A stretch of 64,000 nt of DNA from an uncultured Actinomycetota bacterium (GCA_963770565.1 CAVYQE010000002.1:1-64000), one strand, 5' to 3'; positions 36,167 to 45,963 are shown, counted from the stretch's first letter. A program made the numbers and translations. The notes: a model not told the origin generated them from the sequence alone.

Positions 36167-36989
36167 CCAGGTCGCGGGTGAGCCGGCTCCCACCAACGAC
36201 ATCGTCGAGCGGCTCCGGGCGGCGGGCTGCGTGTTTGCCGAGGACGAGGCCCGGCTGCTCGTCGCGAACGCCGGTTCGCCGGCCGAGCTCGCCGACCTTG
36301 TCGACCGGCGGGTTGCCGGCTTCCCGCTCGAGCACGTCCTCGGCTGGGCCGAGTTCTGCGGGCGGCGGATCGCGGTCGCGCCCGGCGTTTTCGTTCCTCG
36401 GCGGCGGACCGAGCTGCTCGTCCGTACCGCGATCGAGGCTGCGACCCGAATCCGGCGACGACCGCCGAACGCGAACGCACCACTGCGGATCGTCGACCTG
36501 TGCTGCGGTTCCGGAGCGATCGGCGCGGTCCTCGCGGACGCCCTCGATCCGGTCGAGCTCTACGCCGCCGACGTCGATCCTGCGGCGGCGCGGTGCGCCC
36601 GCCGCAACCTCGAAGGGATCGGCACGGTCGTCGAAGGCGACTTGTTCGAGCCGCTACCCGACCACCTGCTGGGTGCCGTCGATCTGCTCGTCGTCAACGC
36701 GCCGTACGTGCCGACCGGTGAGATCGAGCTGATGCCCCCCGAGGCCCGGTTGCACGAAGCCAGGGTGGCGCTCGACGGCGGCGGCGACGGCCTCGACGTC
36801 CACCGTCGGGTCGCCGGTGCGGCGTCGGACTGGCTGCGGCCGGGCGGCGAGCTTCTGATCGAGACGAGTGAACGCCAGGCGCCGGCCGCCCTCGAGCTGC
36901 TCGCCAGCAGCGGGCTGGCTGCCCGAGCGGTGTCGGACGACGCGCTGGCGGCGACCGTCGTGATCGGGGTCAGACCCGAGCTCGCCTAG
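36147..36989 (+). CDS. Putative protein N5-glutamine methyltransferase (HemK/PrmC-like)
   Basis: RLRAAGCVFAEDEA, FVPRRRTE, DLCCGSG, NAPY, DGGGDGL. Confidence 0.85.
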   Translation: MPLPWTDQVAGEPAPTNDIVERLRAAGCVFAEDEARLLVANAGSPAELADLVDRRVAGFPLEHVLGWAEFCGRRIAVAPGVFVPRRRTELLVRTAIEAATRIRRRPPNANAPLRIVDLCCGSGAIGAVLADALDPVELYAADVDPAAARCARRNLEGIGTVVEGDLFEPLPDHLLGAVDLLVVNAPYVPTGEIELMPPEARLHEARVALDGGGDGLDVHRRVAGAASDWLRPGGELLIETSERQAPAALELLASSGLAARAVSDDALAATVVIGVRPELA

Positions 36990-38353
36990 CGGGCGACTGC
37001 AGCCTCAAAGGCGTCGAGCTCGGCCAGCAGATGGTCGGCCATTGTCCGAAGGTCGGGCATGAACTCCCGGCAGGACTGGACCCCGATCGAGAAGTTGTCC
37101 TGGTAGCTCCACGCGGTGAGGTTCAGGCCGAGCACCCGGCTCAACGGGCCCATCGACCGGACCGCGACCACCGGCGCACCGGCGAGAGCAAGCGGCGGCG
37201 GGCCTTTCACGTTGGATACCACGGCATTGAACAGTGGCCGTTTGGCCACCTTCTCGACCACGGCGAGCGTCTTCAGCGTGACCTTGCCGAAGAGCAGGTA
37301 GTAGTCCTGCCACACCGCGAAGAGCTCGATATCGCCCTTCGCCCACTCACGCGCCGCGTCAAGGCTGGCCTTCACCGCCGCCAGCCGTTCGATCGGATCG
37401 GCGATGTCGGTGCCCAACGCGACGTACCAGTACGACGTGCGATTGCCGAAGTCGTCGATCTCGGACGGTTGGCGGATCGACACCGGGTGCGCGACGTTGA
37501 GGCACTTGTCCGGCGTCTCGCCGTGGGCTTCGAGATAGCGCCGGATCGCGCCGCCGCAGACCGTCACGAACAGCTCGTTCACGGTGACGCCGGCCGCGGA
37601 CTTCAGCGCCTGGATCCGCGCGAACGGCACGGTGACGTCGACGTAGATCCGGTCCGCAAGAGGAAGCCGGTTGAACCGGGTGGACGGACCGGACATCGGG
37701 TTGACGACCGGCACCCCGGCGGCCTTGCGAGCGCGGTTCTCCCGAGCCGAGCGGACCGATCGCCGGACCACCGCGGGCAGCTGCCGGTAGAGCCGCGCGT
37801 GCGAGCGCATCGCGAATCCGACCAGCGCAGACCGCGACGGCGCCGGCTCGGGCCGGTCGGGCACCGGCGGGAACGACAGGTCAGCGCCACTGTCGAAGGC
37901 AAGCTCGAAGAACCGGACGCTGGCCTGCCCGTCCATGATCGAGTGGTGGATCTTGAAGACCAGCGCGACCTGGTCGTCGGGCAAGCCCTCGACGATGGTC
38001 AGCTCCCAGAGCGGCCGGTCGCGGGCCAGCTGCACACTGGCGATCCGCGACACCAGTTCGTCGAACTCCTCGTCGCTTCCCGACTCGAGTCGCTCGACGA
38101 ACAAGTGCCGGCCGACGTCGAAGGCCCCGGCATCGAGGAAGACCGGGCGGCCGAGTCCGTACGGGATCTTGACCACGGTCCAGCGCATGGCCGGGATCTG
38201 CGGCAACCGCTCGCGGGCCCACGCTTTGATCTCCTCGACCGCGACCGGCCCGTCCGGCCGGGCGCCGACGATGGCCAGCTTGATCGTGTGCATGTGCTCG
38301 CCGGCCGATTCCTCCAGCACATGGAGCGCGTCGACGCCGCTGAGTTGGCGCAT
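36986..38353 (-). CDS. Wax ester synthase/diacylglycerol acyltransferase (WS/DGAT)
   Basis: MRQLSGVDA, RDRPLWE, catalytic HHSIMDG, SNVKGP, LNLTAWSY. Confidence 0.9.
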   Translation of the reverse strand: MRQLSGVDALHVLEESAGEHMHTIKLAIVGARPDGPVAVEEIKAWARERLPQIPAMRWTVVKIPYGLGRPVFLDAGAFDVGRHLFVERLESGSDEEFDELVSRIASVQLARDRPLWELTIVEGLPDDQVALVFKIHHSIMDGQASVRFFELAFDSGADLSFPPVPDRPEPAPSRSALVGFAMRSHARLYRQLPAVVRRSVRSARENRARKAAGVPVVNPMSGPSTRFNRLPLADRIYVDVTVPFARIQALKSAAGVTVNELFVTVCGGAIRRYLEAHGETPDKCLNVAHPVSIRQPSEIDDFGNRTSYWYVALGTDIADPIERLAAVKASLDAAREWAKGDIELFAVWQDYYLLFGKVTLKTLAVVEKVAKRPLFNAVVSNVKGPPPLALAGAPVVAVRSMGPLSRVLGLNLTAWSYQDNFSIGVQSCREFMPDLRTMADHLLAELDAFEAAVAR

Positions 38354-38401
38354 CTACCGCTTGACCCCCTCCACACCCCTCCAGCACTCCGCCGCGACCC
38401 G

Positions 38402-38420
38402 ATCTGACTCCTCGTCAGAT
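38402..38420. promoter_or_regulatory. Palindromic operator ATCTGACT-CCT-CGTCAGAT
   Basis: Divergent WS/DGAT-MaoC intergenic region; one mismatch to the core. Confidence 0.72.
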
Positions 38421-38519
38421 TCGTCCCTGCACGCTACACACCGACGGCAGCCGCGAGAAGGCGAATCGCAGGCCGCTGCTAGCGTCATCGTCGATTCCGG
38501 GCACTGGAGGTGGGATGCG

Positions 38520-38981
38520 ATGCCGCTCAACCGCGACCTGATCGGCCGCACCTATCGCGGCGAGGGCAGCTTCGAAGTGTCCCGCGAGCACATCCGCCGG
38601 TTTGCCCAGGCCATCGGTGACGCCAACCCGGCCTACACCGACCCCGAAGCCGCGCGGGCTCTCGGCCACCCGGACGTGATCGCGCCGCCGACCTTCCTCA
38701 TCACGGTCGGCACGAGCATGATCGGCCGCGGCCCGATCACCGACCCCGAGCTGGGCCTGAACTACTCACTTGTCGTGCACGGCGAGCAGAGGTTCGTCCA
38801 CCACCGGCCGGCCCGGCCCGGCGACGTACTTACCGCCAAGACCACGATCGAGTCGATCCGCGACGCCGGGACCAACGAGCTGATGAAGATGCGGATGGAC
38901 ATCAGTACGACGGACGGCGAGCTGATCTGCGAAGCCCACAACCTGATCGTTTCGCGCGGAACCGCGGCCGCGGCCGGCTGA
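38520..38981 (+). CDS. MaoC/hot-dog dehydratase N-terminal domain protein (HadA-like)
   Basis: FEVSREHIRRFAQAIG, APPTF, VVHGEQRF; GGAGG RBS. Confidence 0.85.
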   Translation: MPLNRDLIGRTYRGEGSFEVSREHIRRFAQAIGDANPAYTDPEAARALGHPDVIAPPTFLITVGTSMIGRGPITDPELGLNYSLVVHGEQRFVHHRPARPGDVLTAKTTIESIRDAGTNELMKMRMDISTTDGELICEAHNLIVSRGTAAAAG

Positions 38982-39056
38982 TTGCCCGGCGAGCGACACC
39001 ACCGTCAATCCCCGTTGCTTCGCCGCTCGAAGGCCGGCATCGGCGATGATGGCGTC

Positions 39057-40397
39057 ATGACGTCCGGCACGCCGGCGCACCAGTCCTCGCAGGGGGCGGC
39101 CGGGACGGAGCCGGATCCGACCGCGGCGATGCAGTTCGTCCCGCCGACCCGCCGGCGACATCGGCTCCGGCTGGCGCTGCCCGACCAGGAGACGACGGCG
39201 CGACAGGCCCGGCCACTTCTGCTCGTGCTCGGCCTGCCGACGTTCGGGCTGGCGTTCGCGATCACGGTACTGACGGTTTACGGGCCACCGATCCTGCTCC
39301 CGCTCACCCACAACTCAGCGGCCAAGGTGGGCGCCCTGATCGGTGGCGAGGGCGCGTTCGCACTGGTGGTCCCGCTCATCTCCGGCGCCCTGTCGGACCG
39401 GGTGAAAGCTCCGACCCGCAGCGCGCGCCGACTGCCGTTCGTGCTCGTCGGCGCGCCGCTGGCGGCCGCCGGCCTGGTCCTGCTGCCGTTCGTGCCCAAC
39501 CTGCAGCTCGCCGGCGTGACGATCCTGATGTTCTTCGTCGGCTACTACCTCTACTACCCGCCGTACCGGGCGATCTACGCCGACCTGCTCCCGCGCCGGC
39601 TGTTCGCCCGCGCCCAGTCTGCGCAGGCAGTCCAGCGCGGCGCCGGCTTCGGGATCGCACTGATCTCCGGGGGGCTACTACTCAGCCTGTGGACGCCGCT
39701 GCCGTTCGTTCTGGGCGCGGCGGTTCTTGGTCTCGCCACGCTGACGCTCAAGCCCGTCATCCGGCTCGATCGCGCGGTCGCCGAGGAGATCCCCGACGAC
39801 GAGAGCAGCGGCTCGTCCGTGCGCGAACTGTTCCTGCACAACCGGAAGATGCAGGCGTTCGCGGTCGCGAACATGCTGTGGGAGTTCAGCCTGGCCGGGC
39901 TGAAGGTGTTCATCGTCCTCTACATCACCCACGGTCTGGGGAAGTCGAAGGCGCTCGCATCGGCGTTCCTGGCCCTCGTTGCCCTCGCGTACGTCGTCGG
40001 CGCTCCGATCGCCAGCCGACTCGCGGACCGCTACGGAATCGTCCAGGTCATGAAGTGGTCCGCCGCGGCGTACGGCGTCGCGCTCTGCATCGGGGTGATC
40101 CCGACGACGGCGACCCCGATGACCATCCTGCTGCCGATCGGGGCCCTCGCCGGCGCGATGCTGATGACCTTGCCTCAGGCGCTGGCCTTCACGCTCGCGC
40201 CTGAGGCGGGTCAGGGCGCTGCGGCCGGCCTGGTCGACTTCTCCCGTGGCATAGGGGTCGTGCTGGGACCGGTGCTGGTCGGGGCGGCGGTGTCGAGCGC
40301 CGGATCCTGGCTGCCCAGCACCCACGGCTACGCCATCATGTGGCCAGCGATCGGGCTGCCGGTCCTCGCCTCGCTGCTCCTGCTGCGGCGCTTCTGA
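39057..40397 (+). CDS. MFS transporter
   Basis: About 12 hydrophobic segments; GALSDR...RRLPF and RLADRYG. Confidence 0.85.
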   Translation: MTSGTPAHQSSQGAAGTEPDPTAAMQFVPPTRRRHRLRLALPDQETTARQARPLLLVLGLPTFGLAFAITVLTVYGPPILLPLTHNSAAKVGALIGGEGAFALVVPLISGALSDRVKAPTRSARRLPFVLVGAPLAAAGLVLLPFVPNLQLAGVTILMFFVGYYLYYPPYRAIYADLLPRRLFARAQSAQAVQRGAGFGIALISGGLLLSLWTPLPFVLGAAVLGLATLTLKPVIRLDRAVAEEIPDDESSGSSVRELFLHNRKMQAFAVANMLWEFSLAGLKVFIVLYITHGLGKSKALASAFLALVALAYVVGAPIASRLADRYGIVQVMKWSAAAYGVALCIGVIPTTATPMTILLPIGALAGAMLMTLPQALAFTLAPEAGQGAAAGLVDFSRGIGVVLGPVLVGAAVSSAGSWLPSTHGYAIMWPAIGLPVLASLLLLRRF

Positions 40398-40408
40398 GCC
40401 GGCCGAAA

Positions 40409-40435
40409 CGATCCAATCCCGCAGTTCGCGACGAA
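40409..40435 (+). promoter_or_regulatory. Putative SigK/RpoE-type ECF promoter CGATCC-N16-ACGAA
   Basis: Resembles the recalled SigK consensus CCATCC...CCGAA; upstream of an Rv0449c-like operon. Confidence 0.55.
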
Positions 40436-40472
40436 TATTCACGACAGGGCGAACTTAGGGAAGGATCGCGTC

Positions 40473-41774
40473 GTGACATTCGGAGGGATCCGATCGACCG
40501 ACGTCGGTCATCGGGGCCGGGTCGCTGTGGTCGGCAGCGGGGTCGCCGGGCTCACCGCGGCCTACCTGCTCCAGCGCCGCTACGACGTCTCGCTCTACGA
40601 AGCCGACGAACGGCTCGGCGGTCACGCCCACACCCACGACGTGCTGACCCCGGACTCCGGCCTGGCCGCGATCGACACCGGGTTCATCGTGCATAACGCG
40701 CGCACCTACCCCTCCCTGCTCCGGCTGTTCGACGAGCTCCGGGTGGCCACCCGGCCGACCGAGATGAGCATGTCGGTGCGCTGCGACGGCTGCGGCCTCG
40801 AGTACGCCGGTGCGAAAGGGCTTGGCGGACTGTTCGCCCAGGCCCGCTCGCTGGCCCGGCCGGCGTTCCTGCGGATGCTCGTCGCGGTCAAGCGGTTTCA
40901 CCGTGATGCGCAGCGACTGCTCGAGTCCGGCAACGACGAGGTGACCCTCGGCGAGTTCCTGCGAACCGGGGGCTATCCGTCGTACTTCGGCCAGCATTTC
41001 ATCGTCCCGCTGGTCTCGTGTGTGTGGTCCACGTCGCAGGAGGCGGCCCTCAGCTATCCCGCCCGCTACCTGTTCTCCTTTCTCGGCAATCACGGCATGC
41101 TGAGCGTGACCGGATCGCCGCAGTGGCGGACGGTGGTAGGGGGATCGCGCAGCTATGTCGAGAAGGCGGCGAAGGAGCTCACCTCGGTGCGGCTCGCGAC
41201 CCCGGTGCGGAGCATCCATCGGGGCGCGCGCGGCCTGTCGGTCCGGGACGCCGACGACGGTCTCGAGACCTACTCGCGGGTCGTCGTCGCGACCCACGCC
41301 GACACCGCGCTGGGGCTGCTCGCGAACCCGACTGCGGCCGAACGGTCGGTGCTGGGGGCATTCGGCTACTCGCGCAACCACACCGTCCTGCACACCGACG
41401 ACCGGCTGCTCCCCCGCAGCCCTCGCGCGCGCGCCTCATGGAACTACGTCATGCCGACCTGCGACACCTCGAGCGCCGAGGTCATGGTGAGCTACGACAT
41501 GAACCGGCTGCAGCACCTCGCGACGCAGACGCCGTACGTCGTCAGCCTGAACGCCGGCGAACGGATCCCGCCCGAGCAGGTGGTCCGGCGGATGGACTAC
41601 GAGCACCCGATCTACGACGTCGCCGCGGTCACCGCCCAGCGCTGGCTGCCCGAGCTGAACGACGGCCGGATCGCCTTCGCCGGCGCCTACCAGGGCTGGG
41701 GCTTCCACGAGGACGGCTGCCGGGCCGGCGTCGAAGCGGCTCGGTCGTTCGGCGTCGAGTGGGAGTCGCGATGA
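40473..41774 (+). CDS. FAD-dependent oxidoreductase (Rv0449c/UfaD-like fatty-acid desaturase)
   Basis: GSGVAGL, RLGGHAHT, DTGFIVHN, ASWNY, GAYQGWGFHEDG. Confidence 0.88.
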   Translation: MTFGGIRSTDVGHRGRVAVVGSGVAGLTAAYLLQRRYDVSLYEADERLGGHAHTHDVLTPDSGLAAIDTGFIVHNARTYPSLLRLFDELRVATRPTEMSMSVRCDGCGLEYAGAKGLGGLFAQARSLARPAFLRMLVAVKRFHRDAQRLLESGNDEVTLGEFLRTGGYPSYFGQHFIVPLVSCVWSTSQEAALSYPARYLFSFLGNHGMLSVTGSPQWRTVVGGSRSYVEKAAKELTSVRLATPVRSIHRGARGLSVRDADDGLETYSRVVVATHADTALGLLANPTAAERSVLGAFGYSRNHTVLHTDDRLLPRSPRARASWNYVMPTCDTSSAEVMVSYDMNRLQHLATQTPYVVSLNAGERIPPEQVVRRMDYEHPIYDVAAVTAQRWLPELNDGRIAFAGAYQGWGFHEDGCRAGVEAARSFGVEWESR

Positions 41775-42505
41775 GCGCGGCGACCGCAGTGACCTACGAC
41801 ACCGTCGTCACGCACGCGCGGCAGGCACCGTTGCGCAACCGCTTCCGCTACCGCACCCGGGCCTGGCTGGTCGACCTCGACCGGGTACCGACGCTCCCGC
41901 GCGGCCTGCAATGGCTGGCCCGGTTCGACGCCCGCGATCATCTCGGCCGATCGACCGAGTCGTTGCGGGACAACGTGACCGCGCTGCTCGCCAGCCACGG
42001 CATCGACCTGGCGGACGGTCGGATCGTGATGCTGGCCAATGCGCGCGCGCTCGGGCACGTGTTCAACCCGATCAGCGTCCACTGGTGCTACGACCGCGCG
42101 GAGGACCTGGTCGCGGTCGTCGCCGAAGTGCACAACACGTACGGCGACCGGCACGCCTACCTGATGCACCCCGGCCCGGACGGTCAGGTCGATGAATGGC
42201 TCGACAAGGCGATGTACGTCTCGCCGTTCAACCCGGTCGACGGGCGCTACCGCATCACGGTGTCGGAGCCGACGCATCGGGTATCAGTCTGTGTGACCCT
42301 GGAACGCGATGGGCAGCCGCCGTTTGTCGCGACCCTGCGAGGCACCCGCAGGGAGCCGGGCAATGTCGTCGCGACCGCCGTTGCGACGGCGGCGACCTCC
42401 CTGCGGGTCAGCGCACTGATCCGCTGGCAAGGGGTCCGGCTGTTCCTTCGCGGTCTTCGGGTCGAGCCACGTCCGATGCATCCCGCACAGGAGGCAGTCT
42501 CATGA
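41771..42505 (+). CDS. DUF1365 protein (Rv0448c/UfaO-like)
   Basis: FNPISVHWC, AEVHNTYGDRHAY, KAMYVSPF, LIRWQG. Confidence 0.88.
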   Translation: MSAATAVTYDTVVTHARQAPLRNRFRYRTRAWLVDLDRVPTLPRGLQWLARFDARDHLGRSTESLRDNVTALLASHGIDLADGRIVMLANARALGHVFNPISVHWCYDRAEDLVAVVAEVHNTYGDRHAYLMHPGPDGQVDEWLDKAMYVSPFNPVDGRYRITVSEPTHRVSVCVTLERDGQPPFVATLRGTRREPGNVVATAVATAATSLRVSALIRWQGVRLFLRGLRVEPRPMHPAQEAVS

Positions 42506-43749
42506 CCACGGCGCACGACACCACCCGGACCCAGGCGGTGGATCTCGAACGGTGGCCGGCCATGGCCGGCCCGAGCCCCTCGCCGTTCCGCGCGCTCGTC
42601 GCGCGCAACCTGCTGCGCCGCGTCGTGGCCCGGACCGGGATCCGGGTCGTACTTCCGGATGGCACGTCATGGGGCCGGCCCGACGCACCGACGCTGCGGG
42701 TGCTCAACGTCGACGCCTTCTTCACCCGGCTCGGCCGCGACGGGCTGGTCGGGTTCGGTGAGTCGTACATGGCCGGCGACTGGGACAGCGACGACATCGT
42801 GGCGGTGCTCACCCCGATGGCCCGCGACATGGGCTCGCTCGTCCCACCGGCGGTCCAATGGCTGCGGCGCTGGTACAACGAACGGCATCCGCCGGCCGAG
42901 GACAACGACCGTCGCGGGGCGCGCCGCAACATCGCCCGGCACTACGACCTGTCCAACGACCTGTTCGCGGCGTTCCTCGACGAGACGATGACGTACTCTG
43001 CGGCGTTGCTCGACTCGCCCGGCAACGACCTGGCGACCGGCCAGCGGCGAAAGATCCAGCGCATCCTCGACGCGGCCGGCGTGACCTCCGACACGACGGT
43101 GCTCGAGGTCGGCACCGGCTGGGGTGAGCTGGCGTTGGAGGCGGCGCAACGCGGCGCCAAGGTCACCACGGTCACGCTGTCGACCGAGCAGGCTGCGCTG
43201 GCCCGCGAGCGGGTGCGGGACGCCAACCTCAGCGACCGCGTCGACGTACGGGTCCAGGACTACCGCGACGTCGACGGCCGGTACGACGCGATCGTCAGCG
43301 TCGAGATGATCGAGGCGGTCGGCGAGAAGTGGTGGCCGACCTTCTTCCGGACCCTCGACGACCGGCTCGAGCCGGGTGGCCGGATCGGCTTGCAGGCGAT
43401 CCTGATGCCGCATGACCGCCTGATGGCGAGCCGCCGGTCGTGGACCTGGATCCACAAGTACATCTTCCCGGGCGGCCTGCTGCTCTCCGAACGGGTCATC
43501 GACGAGGTGTGCGCGGCACACACCTCGCTGCGGGTGATCGACCGGTTGCACATGCCGGCGGCGTACGCCGAGACCCTCCGGCAGTGGCGGGAGCGATTCC
43601 ACGCGCACAGCAAGCGGATCGAGGAGCTCGGTTTCGACGCGACCTTCCGCAAGATGTGGACCTTCTACCTCGCCTACTGCGAGGCAGGCTTCCGGGCCGG
43701 CTATCTCAACGTTGCGCAGCTGACCCTGGCCCGAGGAGCGCATGCATGA
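42502..43749 (+). CDS. Cfa/UfaA1-type fatty-acyl-phospholipid methyltransferase 1
   Basis: GFGESYMAGDW, HYDLSN, MTYS, LEVGTGWG, SVEMIEAVG, YIFPGG, YLAYCEAGF. Confidence 0.92.
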   Translation: MTTAHDTTRTQAVDLERWPAMAGPSPSPFRALVARNLLRRVVARTGIRVVLPDGTSWGRPDAPTLRVLNVDAFFTRLGRDGLVGFGESYMAGDWDSDDIVAVLTPMARDMGSLVPPAVQWLRRWYNERHPPAEDNDRRGARRNIARHYDLSNDLFAAFLDETMTYSAALLDSPGNDLATGQRRKIQRILDAAGVTSDTTVLEVGTGWGELALEAAQRGAKVTTVTLSTEQAALARERVRDANLSDRVDVRVQDYRDVDGRYDAIVSVEMIEAVGEKWWPTFFRTLDDRLEPGGRIGLQAILMPHDRLMASRRSWTWIHKYIFPGGLLLSERVIDEVCAAHTSLRVIDRLHMPAAYAETLRQWRERFHAHSKRIEELGFDATFRKMWTFYLAYCEAGFRAGYLNVAQLTLARGAHA

Positions 43750-45077
43750 CGACGGTCGCCGACACGCTCGCCCGAGTGGTCACACCGCTGTTCGACGGGC
43801 CGCTACCGGTGAACCTGCGGACCTGGGACGGCAGCGAGCTGCGCGCCGACGACCCAACCGCGCCGACCGTGGTGCTGACATCGCCCAATGCGTTGCGGCG
43901 CCTGGTGTGGGCGCCGGGCGAGATCGGCCTGTCGCGGGCCTACGTGACCGGCGAGCTCGACATCGACGGTGACCTGGCGGACGCGTTCCGGCGGATCTGG
44001 GCGGTCACCCGCGCGCGCCAGCCCGGCGGCCGGCCCGGCGCGGCGGCACTCGCCCGCGCGCTCAGGGCGGCCATCGCGCTCGGCGTGGTGAGGCGCCCGC
44101 TCCCGCCGCCACGGTCCGAGGCCCGGCCGAAGGGCCGGCTGCACAGCCGGCGACGCGACGCCCAGGTGATCAGCCACCACTACGACCTGTCCAACGCGCT
44201 CTACACCCTGCTGCTCGACGACGAGCATGTCGCCTACTCGTGCGGCTACTGGACCAGCGACGCCCCGGCGTACACGGTGGTCGACGCGCAGCGCGACAAG
44301 CTCGACCTGATCTGCCGCAAGCTCGACCTGCGGCCGGGGGCTCGACTGCTCGACGTGGGCTGCGGCTGGGGCGCCCTGTCGGTGCATGCCGCCAAGGAGT
44401 ACGGCGCACAGGTCACCGGCGTGACGATCTCGCGCGAGCAGCTGGAGTTCGGCCGCGCTCGGGTAGCGACGGAGGGCCTCGACCACCTGGTCGACCTGCG
44501 ATTGCAGGACTACCGCGACATCGCCGACGGGCCCTACGACGCGATCTCCACGATCGAGATGGGCGAGCACGTCGGTGCGGCCAACTACCCGGCTTTTCTG
44601 GCGATCCTGCACCGCCTCCTGCGCGACGAAGGAAGGCTGCTGGTGCAGCAGATGTCGCACGCCCCCAACCATCCGGGCGGCGGTCCGTTCATCGAGCGCT
44701 ACATCGCTCCCGACATGTACATGCGGCCGTTGCCCGAGCTGCTCGGCCTGATCCACGCAAGCGGTTTCGAGATCCGTGATGTGCATGCGCTTCGCGAGCA
44801 CTATGTCCGAACGGTCGAGGCGTGGCACGAGGAGTTCGAGCGGCGCTGGGACGAGGTCGTGGCGCTGGTCGGTCTCGAGCAGGCCCGGGTCTGGCGGCTG
44901 TACCTTGTCGGTGGCGCCTTGACCTTCGAGGAGAACCGGATGGGGATCGACCAGATCTTGTCGGTCAAGCCGACTGCCGCCGGGCGCTCGTCGATGCCGG
45001 CGACCCGGCTCGGCTGGGAGCCGCACGCCAGTCGCGGCACGTACGACGACTCGGCTGCCGACAGCTCCCGCGCGTGA
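43746..45077 (+). CDS. Cfa-type fatty-acyl-phospholipid methyltransferase 2
   Basis: HHYDLSN, YSCGYW, LDVGCGWG, IEMGEHVG, RVWRLYL. Confidence 0.92.
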   Translation: MTTVADTLARVVTPLFDGPLPVNLRTWDGSELRADDPTAPTVVLTSPNALRRLVWAPGEIGLSRAYVTGELDIDGDLADAFRRIWAVTRARQPGGRPGAAALARALRAAIALGVVRRPLPPPRSEARPKGRLHSRRRDAQVISHHYDLSNALYTLLLDDEHVAYSCGYWTSDAPAYTVVDAQRDKLDLICRKLDLRPGARLLDVGCGWGALSVHAAKEYGAQVTGVTISREQLEFGRARVATEGLDHLVDLRLQDYRDIADGPYDAISTIEMGEHVGAANYPAFLAILHRLLRDEGRLLVQQMSHAPNHPGGGPFIERYIAPDMYMRPLPELLGLIHASGFEIRDVHALREHYVRTVEAWHEEFERRWDEVVALVGLEQARVWRLYLVGGALTFEENRMGIDQILSVKPTAAGRSSMPATRLGWEPHASRGTYDDSAADSSRA

Positions 45078-45880
45078 ACTCGTTCGCGGTCCATCCCTTC
45101 CTCACCGGTTTGGCCCTCACCCTTGGGGTCTCGTTCGCGGTCTTCGTGTTGTCGTGGCTGGTGGCAGTTCGGGTCGGGCGGTTCAACATCGTCGACGTCG
45201 TCTGGGGTGCGTCGTTCATCATCACCGCGGTCGTGTCGCTGGTGTGGTCGGACGGCCACGAGGTGCCGACCTGGCGGCGAGTGCTCGTCCTCGCACTGGT
45301 GGCGCTGTGGGGCGGCCGGCTGGCGATCTACATCGCTATCCGCAGCCACGACAAGGGCGAGGATCCGCGCTACACCGAGATGCTCGGCGACGGTCCGCAC
45401 CGCGCGCTGCGCGCTCTCGGCACGGTCTTCGTCCTGCAGGCGGTCATCGCATGGTTCATCTCGCTCCCGGTGCAGGCGGCGATGTACATCCGCACCGGTT
45501 GGTCGGCGCTCGCCTTCGTCGGTGTTGCAGCCTGGCTCGTCGGTGTCTACTTCGAGGCGGTCGGCGATGCCCAGATGGCGGCGTTCCGCAACGATCCGGC
45601 CAACCGTGGCACGGTCATGGACCGCGGCCTGTGGCGCTACACCCGCCATCCCAACTACTTCGGTGACGCCACGGTCTGGGCCGGGCTCTATCTGATCGCC
45701 GCCGAGCACTGGATCGGTGCGCTGACAGTCGCCTCACCGGCGCTGATGGCGTGGTTCCTGTCGTTCAAGACCGGCAAGCCACTGCTCGAGAAGCAGATGG
45801 CGGCCACCAAACCCGGGTACGCCGACTACATGCGTCGTACCAGTGGCTTCTTCCCCCGCCCGCCCCACCCCCGAAGTTGA
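45074..45880 (+). CDS. DUF1295 membrane protein (steroid-5-alpha-reductase-like, Rv0446c-like)
   Basis: VDVVWG, GEDPRY, EAVGDAQ, GLWRYTRHPNYFG. Confidence 0.88.
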   Translation: MNSFAVHPFLTGLALTLGVSFAVFVLSWLVAVRVGRFNIVDVVWGASFIITAVVSLVWSDGHEVPTWRRVLVLALVALWGGRLAIYIAIRSHDKGEDPRYTEMLGDGPHRALRALGTVFVLQAVIAWFISLPVQAAMYIRTGWSALAFVGVAAWLVGVYFEAVGDAQMAAFRNDPANRGTVMDRGLWRYTRHPNYFGDATVWAGLYLIAAEHWIGALTVASPALMAWFLSFKTGKPLLEKQMAATKPGYADYMRRTSGFFPRPPHPRS

Positions 45881-45937
45881 TCATGGCGAAACGCGCAGTA
45901 TTTTCAACGAAAATCGCGCTTTTTGCCATGATCAACT
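45875..45937. repeat. Imperfect long hairpin AGTTGATCATGGC...GCCATGATCAACT (REP-like, possible terminator)
   Basis: 13-bp perfect outer arms with further internal pairing; overlaps the DUF1295 stop codon. Confidence 0.8.
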
Positions 45938-45963
45938 CCCGATAGCCGCATACGCTCGCTGCC

